From Pseudomonadales bacterium (GTDB taxonomy: Bacteria; Patescibacteriota; Microgenomatia; UBA1400; PJMF01), in contig JACKFX010000004.1 in NCBI GenBank assembly GCA_020632255.1, positions 26,515 to 90,514 on the forward strand: DNA of 64,000 nt, written 5' to 3'. The notes under the pieces were generated by a model. It ran no database searches. It saw nothing but the letters and a program-made list of their open reading frames with translations, and had not been told where the DNA came from. A program made the position numbers and the translations under genes. Below, one piece after another: positions 10,160 to 17,825 of this stretch; positions within the stretch are counted from its first letter, which is position 1; each line of letters opens with the position of its first letter.

Positions 10160-11395
10160 ATGGCACCTTCTGCCCGGAAGCCAGCACGAACAGCCTCTCG
10201 AGCAACTCGATTAAAACGAAAGAGCACTCAGGGTTCTGCAACGAGTTCTCGAAAGATCACAACTCATACTCGTTCCTCTGCAAAAGCAGTTCGTGGGCGT
10301 TCTCAGAGGGTTTCACAATCAACCGGGTCTTCAAGAGCCAGTTCTTCAAGAGCCAGTTCTGCGAGAGCAACTGCAAAAAAATCTACAAAAACTTCAGTTG
10401 CGGGGTCGCGATCTACTCGTCGAATGTCACGACAAAAACAAACACTATTTTCGCCACTGGTGAAGTTTATTTTCTCATTCTTTGGCATTCTTTTGGGTGG
10501 AGTTGGAGTCTTGTTTTTACTATGGTTTTTCATACTTCCTTCGGTACTTTTGCACAATTATCACAACCAAAATGTTTTACTCACATCTAATAATTTAGAC
10601 AGAATGGACGGTAAAATTGTGCTCGCACATTTTGGTAATGATCAGCGAGATTCACGAGTGTTTGTCATTAAGGGAGAGGAGCGGGTTGAGGTGCCTAACG
10701 GATATGGTGAATATGCGATTGGGGTGGTCCCGGCACTGCTTTCGGTTGACAACCAAAGTGATGAAACAATTCGTTCAGTTATGAGTCGAATTCTGGGAGT
10801 GCCGGTTGATGAGCTCGTGGTGACCGATCCGATTGTTTTAGATGAAGCACAGGAGGACTCAGATGCTGAAATTGAGAATTCAGTCTCATTCTTTTTTGCT
10901 TCGAACATTGCTTCAGTTTTACGGACGCTCTCTAGAGAAAATGTTATAAAAAATCCCAGCAAAGCTGTAATGTTGCTTCGAGTTAGTTATTTGGCAAGTA
11001 CACAAACCAGTCAGAGAGTTGAGCTCAGTTCTTACCAAGAAACATCTGCTTTTTTGTCTGGTGAGAAGATGATGGACCTTTCTCCTGCCGAACAGAAATG
11101 TTCGATTGCAGTTATCAACTCAACCGAAAGTACTGGATTAGCGCACGAAACAGCACAGATGCTAGAGTCAAATGGCGCGTATATTGTTCGTGAAGACAGC
11201 ATCTCCAACGTATCAGAAGCTACACACATTGAGATTGGAGATCAACCTCGGGCGGAATGTGAAAATCTGGCTCGTAAGTTGAAGGCGTTTTTCCCAGAGT
11301 CATTGGAAACTGGAGTGCAAACTGAGGACTCGAAGCGGTATCGTGCAGACATAGTATTACTGCTTGGCCTCGACGTAGTGACGGCTCACAAATAA
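10160..11395 (+). CDS. Membrane-anchored protein with a LytR_C-like C-terminal domain, possibly from the LCP family
   Basis: Basic Ser/Arg-rich N-terminus, one transmembrane helix, and a C-terminal segment resembling LytR_C (CSIAVINSTESTGLAHETAQMLESNGAYIV…). Confidence 0.45.
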   Translation: MAPSARKPARTASRATRLKRKSTQGSATSSRKITTHTRSSAKAVRGRSQRVSQSTGSSRASSSRASSARATAKKSTKTSVAGSRSTRRMSRQKQTLFSPLVKFIFSFFGILLGGVGVLFLLWFFILPSVLLHNYHNQNVLLTSNNLDRMDGKIVLAHFGNDQRDSRVFVIKGEERVEVPNGYGEYAIGVVPALLSVDNQSDETIRSVMSRILGVPVDELVVTDPIVLDEAQEDSDAEIENSVSFFFASNIASVLRTLSRENVIKNPSKAVMLLRVSYLASTQTSQRVELSSYQETSAFLSGEKMMDLSPAEQKCSIAVINSTESTGLAHETAQMLESNGAYIVREDSISNVSEATHIEIGDQPRAECENLARKLKAFFPESLETGVQTEDSKRYRADIVLLLGLDVVTAHK

Positions 11396-11420
11396 CTTGA
11401 GAAGCTACAAGAAAATGCCA

Positions 11421-12239
11421 TTAGTTTCCGACGACATCAGAGGTGCTTAACTCGTCAATGTGCCTTTCGGTGTCGGTATCTGTTTCAACAATTTCGACAG
11501 GAATATTTTCTTCAAGACTTAGTTCGTCATCAAAATCGGCATCGCTGTCATTCAGACTGTTGAGCGCGATTTTACTTGGTGGGAATGAGTGGGTGTGCGC
11601 ATTTGCTTTTGAGCGGGTTTCTTCACGCAGGTATACCTCACAGGTTTTGCTGCAGCACGAGCGAATAGCACATGAGTAGGTGTTGCCACTGTTGATGAGT
11701 TTGGTGAGTCTGAACGAAAGGTCTTCTGGAAGCGCGCCAACGTAGGTGTCATCAATCATCACAGAAATGTACCTGTTTTTGATGGCCAGTTCACAGTTTT
11801 TGCCAACGATGACTTTATTGAGCGTTGATTTGCCGGCTAAGCGTGTGAGTTCGACTGTTTTAGTCTTTCCAGGCTCTTCGATGAAGTGTTGTGAAACAAA
11901 GGCAGGAGTGACCGATTGCTTGTTTTTAATGCGTTCCAGTTGTTTTTTAGCAATCTTGTTATTTTTATCAAGTTCAAGCGCTTGTTTAAATTGTTGAGTG
12001 GCGAGGCGAGGCTTGCCAAGTTGAAGATAGGCAACACCAATGCGGTTATATGCACCTGTGTCTTTGGGGTCGATCTCAAGCATAGCTTGATTAGTCTCGA
12101 TAGCGGTTTCCCAGAGGCCATCTTTTGCATTTTTGATAGCCTGCTGTCGCAGGGAGGCTCGGTTGTTCATCTGAAACTTTCTTTTAAATGTAACAGGTTT
12201 TTCGGTTGTTGATTGTAGCAAAAAAAAGGTAAATGACAA
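11421..12239 (-). CDS. TPR-repeat protein with a Cys-containing C-terminal domain. An alternative start is the Met at 12170.
   Basis: Tetratricopeptide signature AYNRIGVAYLQLGKPRLATQQFKQALELD. No other family recognised. Confidence 0.5.
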   Translation of the reverse strand: MSFTFFLLQSTTEKPVTFKRKFQMNNRASLRQQAIKNAKDGLWETAIETNQAMLEIDPKDTGAYNRIGVAYLQLGKPRLATQQFKQALELDKNNKIAKKQLERIKNKQSVTPAFVSQHFIEEPGKTKTVELTRLAGKSTLNKVIVGKNCELAIKNRYISVMIDDTYVGALPEDLSFRLTKLINSGNTYSCAIRSCCSKTCEVYLREETRSKANAHTHSFPPSKIALNSLNDSDADFDDELSLEENIPVEIVETDTDTERHIDELSTSDVVGN

Positions 12240-12382
12240 ATGCCAATTTCTATATCATCCTCGAGTAGCATCTTCTGGATGATCTGATATGTTATTCGAC
12301 TACACTAAGAAGCACGCGCTGGGGTATAATGTGTCCACTATCGAATCGAAGTAGTTCACACACAAACATCTAGAAAGGCTGT

Positions 12383-12952
12383 ATGGCTGGACATAGTAAA
12401 TGGAACAATATCAAGAACCGAAAAGGGGCACAAGACGCAGCAAAAGGAAAAGTTTTTGGTGAAGTTGCCAAACTTATTCGCATTGCTGTGAAAGAAGGTG
12501 GTTCTGATGATCCAAAGTTTAATGCTGGTCTTCGTGTTGCTCTCGATAAAGCACGATCTGCCAATATGCCTAAAGAAAAAATCCAAAAAGCAATCGAACG
12601 TGGCATGGGCAAGTCATCCAGTGGTGCTTCAATTCAAGAAATTACCTATGAAGGTTTTGGCCCAGGGGGAGTAGCCATGATTGTAGTTGCTTTGACTGAC
12701 AACGTGAATCGAACTGCAGGAGATATGAAGTTCGCATTTTCTCGAAATAATGGCTCCATGGGTGGACCGGGAAGTGCAATGTATATGTTCCAACGCGCAC
12801 AAGATGGGGGTTATGAAGCTACCATGAAAATCGATGTAGAAGATAATGCAACTAAGTTGCAATTGCAAAAACTTGTCGATGCTATTCGTGAAATTGAAGA
12901 CGTCGAGGATGTGTACGTTGCCACAGATGGTATTGATGAAGACGAGAAGTAA
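12383..12952 (+). CDS. YebC/PmpR-family transcriptional regulator, short form
   Basis: MAGHSKWNNIKNRKGAQDAAKGKVF… is the hallmark YebC N-terminus. Confidence 0.85.
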   Translation: MAGHSKWNNIKNRKGAQDAAKGKVFGEVAKLIRIAVKEGGSDDPKFNAGLRVALDKARSANMPKEKIQKAIERGMGKSSSGASIQEITYEGFGPGGVAMIVVALTDNVNRTAGDMKFAFSRNNGSMGGPGSAMYMFQRAQDGGYEATMKIDVEDNATKLQLQKLVDAIREIEDVEDVYVATDGIDEDEK

Positions 12953-13003
12953 TTTTTTTGCACGCATAGCGCAGAAAAGTAGCCAGGGGAGTCGCATAAA
13001 AAT

Positions 13004-13771
13004 ATGAGAAGACGTGAGAAGTTTGTGATCGCAGCCATTTTACTCAGTTTAGGGCTTCTTGGCGTGCAGCTGACGGCTTTGGAGTACCGGTACTGGGCAG
13101 TTTTAGTGTTGAGTGTGGTGACCTTTATTGTCAGTTCATGGGCTTTAAATGATGATCTGCAGAAGCATGAGTGGCTCACCATTGTGCCGTTTCCAGCTTT
13201 GTACGCAGCGTCTGTAAGTTTGTTTTATTTCTTATTACCACCAAGTGTATTTTCTCGAATCTTGCTGTTAGTTCTTTTTGGGGTGGGTATGTATGCGTTG
13301 TACCTATCTGCTAATATTTTTTCGGTAGCAAAGGGAAGAACGATACAATTGGTGCACGCTGCGCAAGCTATTTCATTGATTTTGTCGCTGGTGACCTCAT
13401 TGCTGATAAGTAATACCATTTTTTCGTTAAAGTTTCCGTTTTTCTTGAATGGGTTGCTCATTGGATTGGTACATTTTCCATTGATTTTTACTAGTTTGTG
13501 GTCTGTAAACCTCGAGCAAAAGATTCAGAAAGAAACAGTCCAGTTGACGGTTGTTTTGAGTTTGGTTTTGGCACAAGTCAGTACAGTGGTTTCTTTTTTT
13601 CCACTGACCGTTTGGTATAACGCATTGTTTGTGATGTCAGTTATGTATATTGGTGTAGGAATTTTACAGTCTTCGCTGAAAGGTCGGCTGTTTTCTCGTA
13701 CACTAACCGAGTACAGCCTGGTAGCAATGTTTGTTGGTTTAGTCTTTTTACTTGTCGTTCCGCTTAAATAA
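13004..13771 (+). CDS. Polytopic membrane protein (hypothetical)
   Basis: About seven hydrophobic helices. No motif recognised. Confidence 0.45.
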   Translation: MRRREKFVIAAILLSLGLLGVQLTALEYRYWAVLVLSVVTFIVSSWALNDDLQKHEWLTIVPFPALYAASVSLFYFLLPPSVFSRILLLVLFGVGMYALYLSANIFSVAKGRTIQLVHAAQAISLILSLVTSLLISNTIFSLKFPFFLNGLLIGLVHFPLIFTSLWSVNLEQKIQKETVQLTVVLSLVLAQVSTVVSFFPLTVWYNALFVMSVMYIGVGILQSSLKGRLFSRTLTEYSLVAMFVGLVFLLVVPLK

Positions 13772-14045
13772 CTTCCTAGAGGGGAGTACACAGTGATTTT
13801 CTTACATTTTCATTTGCCTGGATTCCAGGCGGGAATTTTTGTTAGAGCAGAGGAGTTATCTAGAATTTCGGCCGGAGATAGAGGTGTGTTGAGGTCTTTG
13901 GGAGCATCAGCAAGTGGTGTGCTCGGGATTTGAGACAAATTTTTAGAAAAAAGTGTTGTTGGGAAAGAACGTACGATCAAAGCAAGAAAAGAAAAGGGAG
14001 AAGTGAGCAAAAAAATGTTTCAGTATGCCTGGTGGAACAGGGAAG

Positions 14046-14075
14046 TGATATAGTTTGATATAGTATGATATATAA
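14046..14075. repeat. Three tandem 10-bp iteron-like repeats: TGATATAGTT / TGATATAGTA / TGATATATAA
   Basis: Read directly from the sequence. The period is one helical turn. Confidence 0.6.
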
Positions 14076-14078
14076 ATA

Positions 14079-14141
14079 CGTGAAAACTGTGAAACTATAG
14101 GCCTAAATATGTGGAAAACTCAAAAACTATAGGACATATTC
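14079..14141. repeat. Two tandem imperfect direct repeats of about 31 bp. Consensus GTGRAAAACTnnRAAACTATAGGMC.
   Basis: …gtgaaaactgtgaaactataggcc… and …gtggaaaactcaaaaactataggac… lie side by side. Confidence 0.55.
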
Positions 14142-14154
14142 AGACATTTAATCA

Positions 14155-14172
14155 CCAGGCATATATGCCTGG
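14155..14172. repeat. Perfect 18-bp palindrome CCAGGCATATATGCCTGG
   Basis: Read directly. GC-rich arms with an AT-only centre. Candidate protein-binding or recombination site. Confidence 0.6.
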
Positions 14173-14223
14173 AGCATATTTTAATCATGCCTCAGAGCAG
14201 AACAAGTCTGTACAACGCGGAAA

Positions 14224-14664
14224 CTAAACGCTTAAACTTAGCCTGGACCACCTCTGGGGATGGAGGTGCCCGATGCAAGAATAAATAAAACCCGAAGCGG
14301 TGTTTTGGAGAGTGTCAAAATTGAGAGTCTTAGGGAGCCATCACTAGAGAGAGCGAGAGCGAGCTAAACGAGCTATTCATGATTATTTTCTATACTTTTT
14401 TTGTTAACTTTGTGACAGATGAGCGGCGGGAGAGAGAAAGCCCCCTCTTTTGCGAGGTGCCCATTCCCATAAATCTGTTATGTCGCACAATATAACTTTT
14501 ACGACATTAAACCAAGTAGTCACGAGACTGCTATTTCACACATCTATTTTTTATGGTTTTTATTTCTAGCCCCTAATCCTCTGATGTTTGTATGTTACTT
14601 TTTTTACTGCTTTTTTATCTTGTCTTGTCCCCCTATTTGTCCGACGCGGTTTTTAAGCGTTTAG
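14224..14664. repeat. 13-bp perfect inverted-repeat pair flanking about 415 bp. CTAAACGCTTAAA at 14224 and TTTAAGCGTTTAG at 14652, each preceded by ACGCGG.
   Basis: Read directly from the sequence. Confidence 0.55.
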
Positions 14665-14722
14665 TGAGATCGCTTCTTTTCTGAAGGCTGTATTGGTATG
14701 TGGGAAATATTGTGCGACATAA
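14477..14722. repeat. 16-bp perfect inverted-repeat pair flanking about 213 bp. TTATGTCGCACAATAT at 14477 and ATATTGTGCGACATAA at 14707.
   Basis: Read directly. The enclosed segment is strongly pyrimidine-rich on the plus strand. Confidence 0.6.
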
Positions 14723-15001
14723 AATTAGTTGTTTTTGGTTGATTGGAGTGGTGCAGTGGTTGTGCTGTCTGCGTGCGGCGGTAATACTGGGCCAACTGTG
14801 TGTGAATACGTTGCAAAAGAGGCTTCATACCAGGCTAAAAGCTATTTAAACGCCCAAAATCGGCTTTTTATTCTGCGACTGATTGATTGGTCATTGAAAG
14901 AGCGACACTTGTCACAATGTGAAGTCGAAATGAGCTACACGTATGCTTTTGTGTCGTAAAATATTGTAAAGTGCGAATGGGTACTGTATAGTGAATGTAC
15001 T

Positions 15002-15937
15002 ATGGCAATTCCCACACAACCGCAAGCATGTATGATTACCTTTTTGGAACATTTGGAAGTTGAACGAAATGTTTCTAAGTTAACGCTTCGTAACTATGGT
15101 CAGTATTTGCGTCGGTTGTCAGATTGGCTCAAAACCCATGACGTGAATGATATTCGTAAACTCAACCAGGATTTGGTGCGTGAGTACCGTGTGTACTTGT
15201 CTCGATATGAAGATGACTTAGGACGGACGCTTTCCAAGAAAACCCAGGGGTACTACATCATCGCTTTGCGTTCGATGCTCAAGTGGCTCGTCAAGAACGA
15301 TGTGCCAGTGTTGCATCCAGAAAAGATTGATTTACCCAAGGCGGAGTCGCAGCATATGAAGTTTTTAAACACAGAGAAGATCGAAAAACTCCTGGCGCAA
15401 CCGTTGTTATCCTCGAAAACGGGACTTCGAGACCGCGCTATACTCGAGGTGTTATTTTCAACTGGGTTACGTGTTAGTGAGTTGGTGTCACTCAATCGTG
15501 ACCAGATTGACATCAAGTCCCGTGAGTTTGGAGTGATTGGTAAAGGCCGCCGCCCTCGAGTAGTCTTTTTGAGTGATGGGGCAGCAGAGTGGTTGGATCG
15601 TTGGCTGGTTTCTCGAGATGATCAGTGGCGGCCTGTCTTTATTCGCTTTGCAGGCAAAAAGCCAGATATCACCGAGGATGGTGAGAACATGCGCCTAACT
15701 ACCAGAAGTGTGCAGAGAATTGTTGACAAGTATTGCCGCAAGGCTCACTTGCCTATCAAGATTAGTCCGCACGGCATTCGTCACAGCTTTGCAACTGATT
15801 TGCTTTCGAATGGAGCAGGGCTCCGAGATGTTCAGGAGATGTTGGGACATAAAAATATTTCGACCACGCAAATTTATACGCATGTGACTCGCCCACAGTT
15901 AAAAGAAACTCACAAGAAGCATCATACCGATTTATAG
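15002..15937 (+). CDS. Tyrosine site-specific recombinase, XerC/XerD family
   Basis: N-terminal SAM-like core-binding domain plus the catalytic R…K…HxxR…Y set (LFSTGLRVSEL…; HGIRHSFATDLL…GHKNISTTQIYTHV). Confidence 0.88.
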   Translation: MAIPTQPQACMITFLEHLEVERNVSKLTLRNYGQYLRRLSDWLKTHDVNDIRKLNQDLVREYRVYLSRYEDDLGRTLSKKTQGYYIIALRSMLKWLVKNDVPVLHPEKIDLPKAESQHMKFLNTEKIEKLLAQPLLSSKTGLRDRAILEVLFSTGLRVSELVSLNRDQIDIKSREFGVIGKGRRPRVVFLSDGAAEWLDRWLVSRDDQWRPVFIRFAGKKPDITEDGENMRLTTRSVQRIVDKYCRKAHLPIKISPHGIRHSFATDLLSNGAGLRDVQEMLGHKNISTTQIYTHVTRPQLKETHKKHHTDL

Positions 15938-16126
15938 TATTATTTGTATATTTTATTATATATTTCTTTATATATTGATATAGAAAAAGAGTTATCTTCC
16001 ATTTAGACTCCTCTTCTCCTCTGGTGATTGCCAATAATAAAGGTGCTATATGATTTTTTTCATGTGATGCTATTAATATCAATATATATCTTAGTATGTG
16101 AAAAGACTACAAAAATAGGATACTTT

Positions 16127-16507
16127 TTAGATGTCACCAAAGAGGCGGTCAAATTCGGTGGCCAAGTCTGCGTCAGTGATGTCAGGACCGACACCTTTGT
16201 CGGCCATATGCTTCAGTTGCTCCTCCATCTCTAACCAGAGCTTGATTTCCTCTGGTTGGTCACCGTTTTCAAGGCGGCGGCGGACAGTGCTTTCAACGCC
16301 GAGCTGAGCTATGAGCTCGGCCAGGCCGTAGTGTTCGACGAAGTTGTCGTAATCGACTGAAGCAACCACATCTACATAGTTGCTCAAAAAGCCAACTTCA
16401 TCCGCCGAGAATTCAGTGATTCCCGCATCTTCAAGCAAACCTGCCAATTCCTGTGGGGTCATTTGTTCTCCTGTTTGAAAGATGTTCATACCCTGGAGTT
16501 GCTTCAC
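16127..16507 (-). CDS. Hypothetical acidic protein
   Basis: 126 aa ORF rich in Asp/Glu. No family recognised. Confidence 0.4.
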   Translation of the reverse strand: MKQLQGMNIFQTGEQMTPQELAGLLEDAGITEFSADEVGFLSNYVDVVASVDYDNFVEHYGLAELIAQLGVESTVRRRLENGDQPEEIKLWLEMEEQLKHMADKGVGPDITDADLATEFDRLFGDI

Positions 16508-16582
16508 CAGTGAAGCACGCAGAGCATGAGTATATGTTGAGTATTATATACTATGGGATTTTATAATCAAGTATAGATGGCG

Positions 16583-17389
16583 TTATGGTTGTGTTGGAAA
16601 TTGAGCGACTTCTTCTTGGCGATGCTTCCAGAGTCGAGTAGCCAGTGCCCTCCCCTGCGGGGTGACGAAGTAAGAATCAAGATCGGTTTGAAGATTTTCG
16701 AGATAGGTTTGAGGGTTATTGATCCCTTTGCGATAGACGTCCTGCCAGAAGTTGAGTTGTGTAAATGACCACAAGTGATCAAGATCGACGAGGACCTGGA
16801 CCTCAAGCGGAACAGCTGTGCCCTCTTTGGCGACTTTTTCTGGTTGGTCATGATGGCGGATGGCCAGAAGAATCAGATCTTTCTGGGCCTCAGAAAGTGA
16901 AAAGCTCTTGCCGTAGGATTCGAGTAGTTCGGTTGCTAGTGCCACCCCTTCCACGGCATGTTTTTCTTTTGGACCGAGCGCGGTTGCGTTGAGTTTAAGA
17001 CCAGAAACGCCCAAGCTAGCGGCGACTTCTTTTTCGCTGAGTCGACTCCATCCACAGTCATGGAGAATCAGTGCCAGTGTGACCACTGTTTGGTCAATGG
17101 TACGGCCGGGATGAGCCGCTTCAACAGCGTAGCAGAGTGGTTGAATATATTGGCAACAATTGGCAGTGTGGACATCGGTTGTCCGCGCACTCAAATGTGG
17201 TAGTACCTTAGAAAAAAAAGTTTGAAATTTTTTGGGAACCAGCTGGAGAAATTTTTTTTGCCAAGGAATATACAGTAAAAAGTGGTGATCTTTTGCTGGT
17301 AACGAAGTCTCGGCTGGATACTCAAGAATGACAGATTGTGGGAGTGTGATTGAGGGATACTCAGTGAAGGTAAGAGTTTGAAATTGCAT
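16583..17389 (-). CDS. HD-domain phosphohydrolase. The tracked ORF (to 17680) runs through the tRNA, so the real start is MQFQTL at 17389.
   Basis: H…HD motifs (ILHDCGW, AIRHHDQPE). The upstream part of the tracked ORF simply translates the tRNA. Confidence 0.6.
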   Translation of the reverse strand: MQFQTLTFTEYPSITLPQSVILEYPAETSLPAKDHHFLLYIPWQKKFLQLVPKKFQTFFSKVLPHLSARTTDVHTANCCQYIQPLCYAVEAAHPGRTIDQTVVTLALILHDCGWSRLSEKEVAASLGVSGLKLNATALGPKEKHAVEGVALATELLESYGKSFSLSEAQKDLILLAIRHHDQPEKVAKEGTAVPLEVQVLVDLDHLWSFTQLNFWQDVYRKGINNPQTYLENLQTDLDSYFVTPQGRALATRLWKHRQEEVAQFPTQP

Positions 17390-17396
17390 GAGTATG

Positions 17397-17470
17397 TGGA
17401 CCTGAGGGGATTTGAACCCCTGACCTCCTGTATGCCATACAGGCGCGCTAGCCAACTGCGCCACAGGCCC
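17397..17470 (-). tRNA. tRNA-Ala (anticodon GGC)
   Basis: The reverse complement folds as a cloverleaf: GGGCCTGTGGCGCAGTTGGCTAGCGCGCCTGTATGGCATACAGGAGGTCAGGGGTTCAAATCCCCTCAGGTCCA. The G3:U70 alanine identity pair, the GGC anticodon in a 7-nt loop, and a TΨC arm GGTTCAAATCC are all present. Confidence 0.88.
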
Positions 17471-17774
17471 ATGTGTTTTTATTTTTAACATGACTATTAG
17501 TATACCATCCTTCTTGAAGAATTTATAGAGGTGTGTGGTTAAATAATGGTTATCGGACATTAGCAGACACTTTTTATGACTGCTAAAATTGGGTTGATGC
17601 TCTTTTTCTTGATACACCAGGTATAATTGCTGGTACTTACATGTGTAGCTGGTGTGTACACTGCACACGTGTTTCCTCAAGAAAAGTTATTTTCAGAGAA
17701 GCCATTGGCACAAGAGCACGTTTCATTTTTTTGGGGTAAAGGAACAAGAGAAAAGTGTGGAGGTAAAACAAGGA

Positions 17775-17805
17775 GGGGCGCGGCCGCAGGCCGCGCCCCT
17801 CCTCT
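17775..17805 (-). terminator. Rho-independent terminator downstream of gyrA
   Basis: GGGGCGCGGCC-gca-GGCCGCGCCCC hairpin. On the minus strand it is followed by TTGTTTTACC. Confidence 0.6.
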
Positions 17806-17825
17806 CCTTCATCTTTTACGAGGGA

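Noticed and set aside
10156-10590. A 144-aa ORF in an alternate frame over the start of the LytR_C-like gene
   Set aside because: It is the same region read in another frame. The basic/TM/LytR_C protein in frame 10160 is the coherent reading.
13810-14010. A 66-aa minus-strand ORF at the edge of the long non-coding region
   Set aside because: No ribosome-binding site and a low-complexity translation. It is probably spurious, though it does lie next to the repeat array.
14230-14300. A possible tRNA, tmRNA or SRP RNA fragment (TGGACC…GGGGA…GGAGGTGCCC) in the non-coding region
   Set aside because: It shares only 6 nt with the tRNA-Ala 3' end. It has no cloverleaf, no tmRNA tag-reading frame and no SRP domain IV motif. 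It cannot be supported as an RNA gene.
14729-14959. A 76-aa ORF between the right-hand inverted repeat and the recombinase gene
   Set aside because: A short Cys- and Val-rich translation with no motif. It starts inside the IR-B right arm. This region is more likely regulatory DNA.
16583-17680. A 365-aa ORF in the track that reads straight through the tRNA-Ala
   Set aside because: Residues …GPVAQLASAPVWHTGGQGFKSPQV… are just the translation of the tRNA gene. The real CDS starts at the Met at 17389, immediately downstream of the tRNA.
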